From the IMG/VR virus record IMGVR_UViG_3300017908_000183, positions 1 to 39,461 of that record: DNA of 39,461 nucleotides; one strand, written 5' to 3'. Origin of the DNA: a virus (lineage: Duplodnaviria > Caudoviricetes). Below are positions 8,482 through 15,862 of this stretch, one piece after another (the stretch's first letter is position 1; every line of letters starts with the position of its first letter). Made by a program: the position numbers and the translations under genes. Below the pieces are notes generated by a model, which made no database searches, was not told the DNA's origin, and worked only from the letters and a program-made list of their open reading frames with translations.

Positions 8482-9175
8482 GTTTACTTACTAATGATGT
8501 TTCTGCGTTTGATGATTGATTGAACCAGTCTTCTCTAGTCGCTATAACCGACATTGTTTTAACTGGAAATAATTCTTCTATATCTTGTCTTCTGTGATTT
8601 AGATACGTTGCCGTAATAAATTCATCAGAAGGTATGATATTCTTTTCTAACTGATAATCTACTAATTTCTGTGCGCCAGTTTTAGTTAGAATGTATGCGT
8701 GCATATTGTAATGTAGAGATGGAATACAAAAAGTTTCGTCTAGAATAACATCATTGTCTTCATTGAATATCCATCTACCTAGAGAACAATAGTCCCATAC
8801 AATCGGTAGATCTGGATTAACTTCTGGTAAAGCATACATAGATTTAACTGCAAAGAAATCTTCTTCTAGAACTAAACATCTTTCTTCTTCACCTTCAGCA
8901 ATTCTTTTCCATGCATTAATGTGACTTAGTGCGCATCCAACTTCACCTGGATTAATTGGTTGCTTCCAAAATTTATTCCATGTATGTGGTTCTTTTGCCC
9001 AATCTTGATAGACATGAACTCCTTCTGGCATAGGGTCTTTTCTACCATCATGACCTGTTAGAATTTCATATCCAACTTTATTTGCAAAATCACAATTCTC
9101 TAATCTCTGCTGAATAGAGTCAATTTTCTCTTGCGTTACATTAATTGCTAGTATGTAAACTTTATCGATCTTCAT
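8462..9175 (-). CDS. Glycosyltransferase family 25
   Basis: GEVGCALSHINAWKRI, LVLEED, HAYILTKTGAQKL motifs. Confidence 0.85.
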   Translation of the reverse strand: MKIDKVYILAINVTQEKIDSIQQRLENCDFANKVGYEILTGHDGRKDPMPEGVHVYQDWAKEPHTWNKFWKQPINPGEVGCALSHINAWKRIAEGEEERCLVLEEDFFAVKSMYALPEVNPDLPIVWDYCSLGRWIFNEDNDVILDETFCIPSLHYNMHAYILTKTGAQKLVDYQLEKNIIPSDEFITATYLNHRRQDIEELFPVKTMSVIATREDWFNQSSNAETSLVSKHGWRTT

Positions 9176-9183
9176 CGAGTAAA

Positions 9184-9735
9184 TTAGTTTACGTTTGTAT
9201 CTGCTTTAGGTGGTATTTGTGGAGTATCATCTGCGCGAGCTTCACCAACTCCTTTTGGATCTTGCATCCAAGCAATATACTGGTCTATCATTCTTGACAG
9301 AGCTTCTGGTTTATCATCTTTCTTAAACTTCACTTTAATTGAAGCCATTCCATTTGAACCAGGAGGATTATGTTTACATGGAGCGCCATGGTCTACTTTA
9401 ATCTCTGCTATATTATGCTGATAGTTTTTCTTTCTGAATAAACCTAACAGATCTTTCTTTAGATCTGAAGTTTTGTGTGGGTCATCGCCAAACTGTAATC
9501 TTGCTGCAAATTCAATCTCTAATTCTGATAGACCTACTGAACCATGGTCAGCAAGAATAAAGAGAGGTACAACCATCTCTTTTTCACCAACTTTAAATGT
9601 CTTTGTGATTGGACTACCATCCTCGTTGAAGTAGTTACGAATTGCATTGATGTGTTGTCTCTCAGAAATACCTTGAGAAACCATTGCTGCTTCTAGCAAT
9701 CCACCAATTAATTCTTCGACGTTTAGTCTTGCCAT
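9184..9735 (-). CDS. DUF2589 family protein (copy B)
   Basis: LIGGLLEAA...VPLFILADHGSVGLSELEIEF...KVKFKKDDKPEALSRMID; paralogous pattern to the upstream gene. Confidence 0.7.
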   Translation of the reverse strand: MARLNVEELIGGLLEAAMVSQGISERQHINAIRNYFNEDGSPITKTFKVGEKEMVVPLFILADHGSVGLSELEIEFAARLQFGDDPHKTSDLKKDLLGLFRKKNYQHNIAEIKVDHGAPCKHNPPGSNGMASIKVKFKKDDKPEALSRMIDQYIAWMQDPKGVGEARADDTPQIPPKADTNVN

Positions 9736-9757
9736 GTGTAGTTAACTTAAGTTGATT

Positions 9758-9786
9758 GTTATACTTAAAATGTTGTTATTGTTTCA
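9758..9786 (-). promoter_or_regulatory. AAAC-N17-TATAAY promoter (putative middle/ECF class)
   Basis: TGAAAC-17 nt-TATAAC upstream of ATG 9735. Confidence 0.65.
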
Positions 9787-9791
9787 ATACT

Positions 9792-9819
9792 AAAAAAGCC
9801 CTCAGATGAGAGCTTTTTT
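9792..9819 (-). terminator. Rho-independent terminator between the two DUF2589 genes
   Basis: AAAAAAGC-C-CTC-AGAT-GAG-A-GCTTTTTT inverted repeat with A/T tails. Confidence 0.75.
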
Positions 9820-9840
9820 GAATGCGTTTGTAAACTTAGA

Positions 9841-10455
9841 TTAAGCTGCGCCACCGCCGCCAGCTGCCGGAGGAGCTGTTGGAGATTTCTTAGTTGGAGC
9901 TGTTGGAGTAGGATCCATCATTGATACTAAAGCATCAGATAATTTCAACATACCTTCAGTTGGCTCTAATTGCTGTGCGTGAACTTTCACGTTATACTTT
10001 GCAGAATTGTCAGTCTTTCTAGTATTCTCTTTTGAAGAAGATACTTTACCAGACATTGACGCTTTGAACTTCATACCGAACCAGCCGCCTGATGCAGATG
10101 CAGACATTGATGCTTCAGAAGAAGATTTGTCTGTTGCTACGTCAGAAGTTTGAACTTCCATATTAAATTCAATATCGGCACTTTGTACAGCTAAAGATGG
10201 TAGCGGAACTAGTGGTAACATCGGCACTTTCGCGTAGTGCTCTTGCCAAGATTGTTCACCTGTATTAGGGTCAGTCATGACTTTGTTAATTTGTACATCT
10301 AACGCTCTAGTTTCACCTTTAATGAAAGCTACTTCGTTGATATATCTCCAAGTTACCTCGTTTAATTTTGCTTGACCTTTCGCCATTCCGACTAGAGGTG
10401 AAACAATTAGATCTTCGATTGGAAGACCTCTGAATTGATCTGCTATTCCTGCCAT
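9841..10455 (-). CDS. DUF2589 family protein (copy A)
   Basis: FRGLPIEDLIVSPLVGMAKGQAKL, VPMLPLVPLPSLAVQSADIEFNMEV, NSAKYNVKVHAQQLEPTEGMLKL. Confidence 0.8.
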   Translation of the reverse strand: MAGIADQFRGLPIEDLIVSPLVGMAKGQAKLNEVTWRYINEVAFIKGETRALDVQINKVMTDPNTGEQSWQEHYAKVPMLPLVPLPSLAVQSADIEFNMEVQTSDVATDKSSSEASMSASASGGWFGMKFKASMSGKVSSSKENTRKTDNSAKYNVKVHAQQLEPTEGMLKLSDALVSMMDPTPTAPTKKSPTAPPAAGGGGAA

Positions 10456-10485
10456 TTGTATTGAGTTTTATTTAAGTTATACAGT

Positions 10486-10494
10486 TTATATATC
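10486..10494 (-). promoter_or_regulatory. Putative late promoter GATATATAA
   Basis: Exact motif 30 nt upstream of the DUF2589 copy A start. Confidence 0.6.
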
Positions 10495-10520
10495 TCCACT
10501 AATATAGAAATATGTTACTC

Positions 10521-10745
10521 TTATATTAGTTTTTGCTTGTTCTCTCCGAACGTTGCAATATCACTATATTCGTCCTTAATTTTCTTGATACTACCAAGTG
10601 CTTCTGTCACTTCTTTCCGCATTTCTTCTGGTACTTCAAAGTTCATTACCGACTGACAAGTTGGACATTGACAGATTGGGTTTTGTATCAACCATTGTAG
10701 ATCGACATGAAGTGGAGTTTTGCAGACTGGACAGGGTAAAGGCAT
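10521..10745 (-). CDS. Small zinc-ribbon protein
   Basis: CPVC...CPTC pairs followed by a helical tail. Confidence 0.75.
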   Translation of the reverse strand: MPLPCPVCKTPLHVDLQWLIQNPICQCPTCQSVMNFEVPEEMRKEVTEALGSIKKIKDEYSDIATFGENKQKLI

Positions 10746-10987
10746 TATCCTAGTGGTATTAATATGTAACCTGTAATTAAATAGAGGATATAAATGAAAA
10801 CCAAAAACATAACAACCTCAAGAAGGAATTGCTTCCATATCGGTTGTTTGAATTTCCAATCTTTGAATTTGTTAGGTTTATCTGCTCCTGTCTTCTTAAC
10901 TGCTTTCTTAGTTAAGTACTCTGTGATATTTCCTTGTAAATCTTTTATCCAGATTAAAGGAGCTAATAATTTCTTTAGTAGTTTCAT
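10745..10987 (-). CDS. Hypothetical membrane protein
   Basis: 80 aa with C-terminal hydrophobic helix; TAATG coupling. Confidence 0.6.
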   Translation of the reverse strand: MKLLKKLLAPLIWIKDLQGNITEYLTKKAVKKTGADKPNKFKDWKFKQPIWKQFLLEVVMFLVFIYILYLITGYILIPLG

Positions 10988-11121
10988 TAAGCTAGTAGAC
11001 TAGCGATAACCAAGGTAATTGCCATTCCAATAAAAGAGATAAAAGCTAATTTATATGAGCCTTCTACACTTCTTCTAGAACGTCCTTGCCAATCGTTAGG
11101 GTTCCAATTTTTATCTTCCAT
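10987..11121 (-). CDS. Small membrane protein (44 aa; not in ORF track)
   Basis: MEDKNWNPNDWQGRSRRSVEGSYKLAFISFIGMAITLVIASLLA*; TAATG overlap with next gene; promoter just upstream. Confidence 0.6.
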   Translation of the reverse strand: MEDKNWNPNDWQGRSRRSVEGSYKLAFISFIGMAITLVIASLLA

Positions 11122-11125
11122 AACT

Positions 11126-11153
11126 GTTATAGTTAATAACTATCTTTTGTTTA
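11126..11153 (-). promoter_or_regulatory. AAAC-N17-TATAAY promoter
   Basis: TAAAC-17 nt-TATAAC. Confidence 0.6.
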
Positions 11154-11154
11154 T

Positions 11155-11577
11155 TTATACGGGACCGCCAGGCTTATGTACCAGAACTGCATCTACTTTC
11201 TCTTCTAGTACTCTGTACCATTTAATCAGATGTGAAGCTGTTCTGTAATTTGTCGCTAATGGAACATTGTGCACATCACATAATCTCATTAACATAGAAA
11301 TATCTACATCATGAGCATGTTTACCCAACGGATCTCTGAAGAAAATAACTAGGTCTATATCTCCATTGGAAACCATTGCTGCAATTTCAGCATCACCTCC
11401 CATTGGACCAGAATTAAGTCTCTTTACTTTTTTAATACCTGCATGTTTAACATGCCCACCAGTTGTGCCAGTCGCTACTATTTCGTTATCTGGCATATTG
11501 AAGAAATCTAGTCTCTTCGACACGAAGGCTACCATATCTGCCTTCTTGTTGTCATGTGCTATTAAAGCTATTTTCAT
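11155..11577 (-). CDS. mgsA: Methylglyoxal synthase
   Basis: True start MKIALIAHDNKK at 11577 (the track extension overlaps tRNAs); ATGTTG, SGPMGGD, FFRDPL, HDVDI, LATN motifs. Confidence 0.95.
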   Translation of the reverse strand: MKIALIAHDNKKADMVAFVSKRLDFFNMPDNEIVATGTTGGHVKHAGIKKVKRLNSGPMGGDAEIAAMVSNGDIDLVIFFRDPLGKHAHDVDISMLMRLCDVHNVPLATNYRTASHLIKWYRVLEEKVDAVLVHKPGGPV

Positions 11578-11591
11578 ATATTTTATTTTAG

Positions 11592-11666
11592 TGGGCAATG
11601 AGAGATTCGAACTCCCGACCCCCTCGGTGTAAACGAGGTGCTCTGAACCAACTGAGCTAATTGCCC
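11592..11666 (-). tRNA. tRNA-Val(UAC)
   Basis: GGGCAAT/ATTGCCC acceptor; CCTCG-TT-TAC-AC-CGAGG; GTTCGAATC. Confidence 0.93.
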
Positions 11667-11674
11667 CAATAGTT

Positions 11675-11702
11675 ATTATACACCATTTCTGGCAATAGTT
11701 TA
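11675..11702 (-). promoter_or_regulatory. AAAC-N17-TATAAY promoter
   Basis: TAAAC-17 nt-TATAAT just upstream of tRNA-Val and mgsA. Confidence 0.6.
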
Positions 11703-11703
11703 G

Positions 11704-11777
11704 GGTGATTAGTGGGGATCGAACCCACGACAACTAGAACCACAATCTAGTGCTCTACCAACTGAGCTATAACCACC
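11704..11777 (-). tRNA. tRNA-His(GUG)
   Basis: Encoded G-1 opposite C73; CTAGA-TT-GTG-GT-TCTAG. Confidence 0.93.
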
Positions 11778-11783
11778 ATGTAG

Positions 11784-11856
11784 TGATTCCGGCGGGGCTC
11801 GAACCCGCGACCCTCTGATTAAAAGTCAGATGCTCTACCAGCTGAGCTACGAAATC
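11784..11856 (-). tRNA. tRNA-Lys(UUU)
   Basis: TCTGA-CT-TTT-AA-TCAGA; full cloverleaf. Confidence 0.93.
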
Positions 11857-11874
11857 TGTTCACCTCACACGCGG

Positions 11875-11948
11875 TAGGAATGAAGGGACTTGAACCCCTG
11901 ACCTTGACTATATAAGAGTCCTGCTCTAACCAACTGAGCTACATTCCC
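11875..11948 (-). tRNA. tRNA-Ile(UAU)
   Basis: GGGAATG/CATTCCT acceptor; GGACT-CT-TAT-AT-AGTCA anticodon arm (G27-A43 mismatch); GTTCAAGTC. Confidence 0.85.
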
Positions 11949-12006
11949 ATGTTGAAAACACCTTTTAATTTGTAGAGGTGCAAGACTCGATGTGTGTTGT
12001 GATTTG

Positions 12007-12088
12007 TGCGGATGAAAGGACTCGAACCTTCACATCAAATGATACTAGTGCCTAAAACTAGCGCGTCTACCAATTCCGCCACATCCGC
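12007..12088 (-). tRNA. tRNA-Leu(UAG)
   Basis: CTAGT-TT-TAG-GC-ACTAG; long variable arm. Confidence 0.93.
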
Positions 12089-12090
12089 AG

Positions 12091-12365
12091 TACCGAGGTG
12101 AGCTGCGCCTGTCCGAAGATCAGTGGCATACACGCTTACTCAACTCTACCCTGATGGTTCTACTCCACAGGGTGTCGGAGTCGACTCCATTTTAATACTT
12201 TAGGAATGATATAGAGTCATCAATCATTCGTGCAACCTCCATCATTATAGTATCGTCAGCGCGTAGGAGATATGGCCTGACAATGTCTTTACTCCACTTA
12301 GACTCCGTCTTTCGACTTGTAGGCGTGAGATTTGACGCCTCGTTGTTCGGTTGTAAACCTATCTA
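12091..12365 (-). ncRNA. Unassigned ~270-nt structured RNA inside the tRNA array
   Basis: No ORF in the track; GC higher than typical intergenic DNA; multiple stems (AGGCGT/ACGCCT, GTC-GAAA-GAC, GGAGTC/GACTCC, TTGTCAG/CTGACGA, GAATGAT/ATCATTC, ACCCTG/CAGGGT, long hairpin capped by C-TTCG-G). Confidence 0.55.
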
Positions 12366-12370
12366 AGAGC

Positions 12371-12512
12371 TGGGGAGTGGGGGACTCGAACCCCCACTTC
12401 TGCCTAACCAGCCTAATTACACCGCATAACTAGTATGATGCTTTCGGCTTTTTTATCCATGATGCCATCACGAATAAGCTGGAGCGTCATAACCACTTTT
12501 GACTAACTCCCC
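12371..12512 (-). ncRNA. 142-nt tRNA-like RNA with ~70-nt expanded anticodon arm
   Basis: Acceptor GGGGAGT/ACTCCCC-A; D stem GTCA/TGAC with GG; T arm GGGGG-TTCGAGT-CCCCC; centre closed by CCAGCTTA/TAGGCTGG enclosing a large insert. Confidence 0.75.
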
Positions 12513-12520
12513 GTATTTAG

Positions 12521-12594
12521 TACACCAGACAGGATTCGAACCTGTGACCGTCTGCTTAGAAGGCAGATGCTCTATCCAGCTGAGCTACTGGTGC
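12521..12594 (-). tRNA. tRNA-Arg(UCU)
   Basis: TCTGC-CT-TCT-AA-GCAGA. Confidence 0.93.
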
Positions 12595-12606
12595 ATTTGT
12601 ATGCTT

Positions 12607-12694
12607 TGGTACCCGGGGACGGGCTCGAACCGTCACGGCCTTTCAGGCCAACAGATTTTAAGTCTGTCGTGTCTACCAATTCCACCACCCGGGC
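12607..12694 (-). tRNA. tRNA-Leu(UAA)
   Basis: ACAGA-CT-TAA-AA-TCTGT; long variable arm; encoded CCA. Confidence 0.94.
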
Positions 12695-12758
12695 ATACAT
12701 TAGCGATATTTCAAAGAGCCTTTTGGGAACAGTTATATATTATTCCCTGAGGTTAGTT

Positions 12759-12905
12759 TCAGAGTGAAGCCTCGATTGCTTCCAGCTCCATTTCAATCTC
12801 CAGTGCGTAACTGCGCTTTTGATTTTGAGTCATGTTGGCGATTTCTTTTTCAGAGTAGCCAGCGGAGAGAAGCAATTCGTTCTCGTAGTTGTTGATGTCA
12901 ATCAT
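12759..12905 (-). CDS. Small acidic hypothetical protein (48 aa)
   Basis: MIDINNYENELLLSAGYSEKEIANMTQNQKRSYALEIEMELEAIEASL*; third of three tightly packed small ORFs after an early-type promoter. Confidence 0.55.
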   Translation of the reverse strand: MIDINNYENELLLSAGYSEKEIANMTQNQKRSYALEIEMELEAIEASL

Positions 12906-12906
12906 T

Positions 12907-12981
12907 TTACTTTTGATTTTCCATTTTGGTGGCAGCGTATGCCATAAAGAAGATAATTCCGAAAAGAATAAAGTATTCCAT
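12907..12981 (-). CDS. 24-aa single-pass membrane peptide
   Basis: MEYFILFGIIFFMAYAATKMENQK*, tightly packed between neighbours. Confidence 0.4.
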   Translation of the reverse strand: MEYFILFGIIFFMAYAATKMENQK

Positions 12982-12983
12982 AG

Positions 12984-13100
12984 TTATTTTTCTATTGGTT
13001 CGTAGATATTATAGGGTTCATTAACTCCGTCTTCATTGTAGCGATTAACGGTAACTTCTTTGCAGTAACCCACGCCTTCGATGTAAACTATGTTGTCCAT
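12984..13100 (-). CDS. Small hypothetical protein (38 aa)
   Basis: MDNIVYIEGVGYCKEVTVNRYNEDGVNEPYNIYEPIEK*; A/C-rich leader after the promoter. Confidence 0.5.
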   Translation of the reverse strand: MDNIVYIEGVGYCKEVTVNRYNEDGVNEPYNIYEPIEK

Positions 13101-13122
13101 TTGTGTTGTTGTTTAATTACAG

Positions 13123-13174
13123 TACTAATATACGAAATAAATCTGACAATAAAAAATCTGAAGGCAATTATTTT
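13123..13174 (-). promoter_or_regulatory. 52-bp early-type promoter, copy 1
   Basis: AAAATAATTG...TGTCA-N11-TATATTAGTA; resembles the Bacteroidota -7 element TAnnTTTG. Confidence 0.65.
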
Positions 13175-14028
13175 GTTAAAAAAGCAAAAGAATTCCAGTA
13201 GTCATAGTAGAATTTATAGTCATGTTGACGTAGCCATTCTGAAATTCTCTGTAGACGACTTGCATCGCCATTTAGTCTTTCAGGAGAGATATTAATAGTT
13301 TCAAAGATAATCAGCTCAGGCTTAGAGTGTTGTTCAAAGTCCATTGCCATAATAATTTCATCGTCAATACCTTCTAGGTCTAAATGCATCCATCGATAAT
13401 CATCTGCCTGCATTAGTTCTCTAATACCAACAGTTTCTTTCATCGTACCTACCACATCTTCATGGCCTGCATGTTTCAATGCATGGTCGTAATCTATTGT
13501 GTTTGCTTCACCTGTACCGAATTCATACCAGCTGACCTGCTGTCCATCTGTTGTGACAATACAGTTTTGTACCTGCATGTCAGGCCAATTCTTCTTACAT
13601 TCAAAAGCTGCTTCTCTGCTACCTTCCACTAAGTCTGCAATGAGTTGACCAGACTGAAGTGGTTTTACCCACTCACCATGAGTTCCATCATTCGTACCTA
13701 TTACAATACCTTTTGCACCTTGATTTCTAGAAGCCCATTCATATAAGAAAGTATGTGTTGCATCTAGTGGTGGTTGAAATGATTTTAGTAGTTTACCTTG
13801 TTTTGTAGTAACTCTAGCTTCACAGTCTTCTAGTTGAAGCGGATCCCATGTTGCAAACCAGTCAGGTTCTAGCTCGGTAGACCATTTTATTTTACCTTCT
13901 TCCCATATAGTAAATCTGAGTGGAAATTCACTCTTGTCAAGCAACCATCCTGCAGAGAAGTCCACTTTACAGTGAATTTGTCCCAATGGATGCTCTGGAG
14001 ATTTCTCTATGAATTTAAGGTTTATCAT
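13168..14028 (-). CDS. FkbM-like SAM-dependent methyltransferase with N-terminal extension
   Basis: IVIGTNDG, LVEGS, WMHLDLEGIDDEII, PELIIFE motifs. Confidence 0.6.
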   Translation of the reverse strand: MINLKFIEKSPEHPLGQIHCKVDFSAGWLLDKSEFPLRFTIWEEGKIKWSTELEPDWFATWDPLQLEDCEARVTTKQGKLLKSFQPPLDATHTFLYEWASRNQGAKGIVIGTNDGTHGEWVKPLQSGQLIADLVEGSREAAFECKKNWPDMQVQNCIVTTDGQQVSWYEFGTGEANTIDYDHALKHAGHEDVVGTMKETVGIRELMQADDYRWMHLDLEGIDDEIIMAMDFEQHSKPELIIFETINISPERLNGDASRLQRISEWLRQHDYKFYYDYWNSFAFLTK

Positions 14029-15062
14029 TGAATAAGGTGTGGTCGTGCTTCTGCAAGTCCTGCGTTAGTTACTACATTATATTCTACAGTGGCTTGATAG
14101 TCCATGATGTTTTCAGCACCTGCATAAGAGAATGCCGACCGAACTCCATCTGTTAGTCCGTTGACAATAAATCTAACTCCACCTTTGAAAGGAATAGTTG
14201 TAGATTCACCTTCAACATTTCTAGATTTTTGACCATGTGTGACTTTAGTCTCTAGTGAGGCAGAACCACGATAGCGCTTGAAAAGACCTGCTGGAGTTTC
14301 TATGATTGCTCCTGGAGATTCTTTAGTACCTGCAAGTAGTGAACCTACCATTACACAATCTGCACCAACTGCTAGAGCTTTAGCAATATCACCAGATGAT
14401 TTGATTCCACCATCTGCCATAATAGGAATTCCATGTTGATCTGCAACTTGAACAACTTCTTCAATTGAAGTAACATTAGGTACACCGAAACCAGTCTTAA
14501 CACGAGTGGTACAGAGAGAACCTCCTCCAATACCAACTCGTAGACCGTCTGCTCCCCAAGAAATCAAGTCTTCTGCTGCTTCTGCCGTTGCAATGTTTCC
14601 AGCAATAACATCCGTAAACTCTGATAGATTTGCTTTCAATTCGGTTAGAGCTACTTCCATGTTTGCATGATGTCCATGTGCAACATCGACTAGAATGATA
14701 TTACATCCAGCTTCCTCAAGCTCGACTGCTCTATCTAAATAATCGCCTACGACACCTACTGCTGCCATAACCGGTAAATGTGCCATTGACACATCACTAT
14801 CTCTAAATGATACTAGTTTTTTAACTTGCTTAACTTGTTCTTCAATAGACATAAATCTATGAAGACATCCGACACCACCCATTTCCATTAGAGTAGATGC
14901 CATTTCAAATTCTGTTACTGTGTCCATACATGAACCTACAATAGGCATGTCGATTGACCAGTTTTTACTGACTGGAACAGTTAGTGAGATGTTTTGACGT
15001 GTTGGAACGTCTGAATAATGAGGGATGAGCTGAATGTCATCGTAGGTAAGAGCTTGTCGCAT
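14025..15062 (-). CDS. IMP dehydrogenase / GMP reductase family (no CBS domains)
   Basis: [33 protein letters not shown] (catalytic Cys), ADGGI, YRGSAS; guaB versus guaC not resolvable by eye. Confidence 0.92.
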   Translation of the reverse strand: MRQALTYDDIQLIPHYSDVPTRQNISLTVPVSKNWSIDMPIVGSCMDTVTEFEMASTLMEMGGVGCLHRFMSIEEQVKQVKKLVSFRDSDVSMAHLPVMAAVGVVGDYLDRAVELEEAGCNIILVDVAHGHHANMEVALTELKANLSEFTDVIAGNIATAEAAEDLISWGADGLRVGIGGGSLCTTRVKTGFGVPNVTSIEEVVQVADQHGIPIMADGGIKSSGDIAKALAVGADCVMVGSLLAGTKESPGAIIETPAGLFKRYRGSASLETKVTHGQKSRNVEGESTTIPFKGGVRFIVNGLTDGVRSAFSYAGAENIMDYQATVEYNVVTNAGLAEARPHLIQ

Positions 15063-15095
15063 TAATTTTTTGTGTTGAATTATTTAACTGTGATA

Positions 15096-15124
15096 GTTAT
15101 ACTACGACAAGCTCTGATTGTTTC
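15096..15124 (-). promoter_or_regulatory. AAAC-N18-TATAAC promoter
   Basis: GAAAC-18 nt-TATAAC upstream of the IMPDH/GMPR gene. Confidence 0.55.
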
Positions 15125-15721
15125 TTAAATACTTGAAGCAATAATGGCTTTTCCTCTACGAATTCTGTTTTTGATAGTCTGAAGAGGTAGATTATATTTC
15201 TTAGCAATATCTTCATATTTCATATTGTTAAGCAATCTGTCTTCTAAGATACCTTTGTACATTGGCTTGAGTGTTTCAATACCTTTTAATGCAGCTTCAT
15301 ATCTGTTCATTAATTCAGCATCTTCTTCATAGAAGTCTTCTTCTGACTTATATTCCATTTCAACAAGTAGATCTTTTGCAGAAGTTCTAGCATAATATCT
15401 AGACACTTCAATACCAGAATCTCTAAGTGCATCGATAGATCTTTTCTTGTTTCTCTGTCTGATGTAACCTAGACACTCGTTGAATGCAATTCTGTATAAC
15501 CACGTTGTGATTTGATATTGTGGATCGTATTGATCGATTTTAGTCCACATCTTAGTGAGAGTATTTGTGACAATATCATCTCTTACTTCGCTGTCTTTTA
15601 CAACATTGAAGACATAATTTTCGAGACCTGGCTTAATTTTATCATGAAGGACTTTGTAGTCTTTTTCTGATTTTGATTTGATAAAGTTTTCGGCTAGTTC
15701 TCGATACGATGTTTTTGGCAT
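15125..15721 (-). CDS. ECF-type RNA polymerase sigma factor
   Basis: Region 2 (DDIVTNTLTKMW...TTWLYRIAFNECLGYIR) and region 4 (MKYEDIAKKYNLPLQTIKNRIRRGK). Confidence 0.9.
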   Translation of the reverse strand: MPKTSYRELAENFIKSKSEKDYKVLHDKIKPGLENYVFNVVKDSEVRDDIVTNTLTKMWTKIDQYDPQYQITTWLYRIAFNECLGYIRQRNKKRSIDALRDSGIEVSRYYARTSAKDLLVEMEYKSEEDFYEEDAELMNRYEAALKGIETLKPMYKGILEDRLLNNMKYEDIAKKYNLPLQTIKNRIRRGKAIIASSI

Positions 15722-15758
15722 ATTTTTTAATGTTTAACGTTAGACAATTTTATATATG

Positions 15759-15810
15759 AACAAATATAATAAAAATTCTTGACATAAAAAAGAGTTTTGG
15801 CAATTATTTT
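15759..15810 (-). promoter_or_regulatory. 52-bp early-type promoter, copy 2
   Basis: AAAATAATTG...TGTCA-N11-TATATTTGTT. Confidence 0.7.
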
Positions 15811-15862
15811 GTTCTTCATATAGTAATAATTACATGTTCTAGATAAAACTTACATTATCTAG

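Noticed and set aside
11578-11733. N-terminal extension of the mgsA ORF in the track
   Set aside because: It runs through tRNA-Val and tRNA-His; family homology starts at the ATG at 11577.
11951-12005. Possible tRNA 3'-half remnant (TCGAGTCTTGCACCTCTA on - strand)
   Set aside because: No 5' half, D arm or anticodon arm; too short to support, and may just be a spacer hairpin.
12091-12512. Canonical tmRNA, RNase P RNA or group I intron
   Set aside because: No G3-U70 pair and a D stem is present (unlike tmRNA); no GAGGAAAGUCC-type RNase P motif; no recognisable group I core. Kept as unassigned ncRNAs.
12499-12767. Two + strand ORFs (83 and 66 aa), and likewise 22594-22776
   Set aside because: They are antisense readings of tRNA genes.
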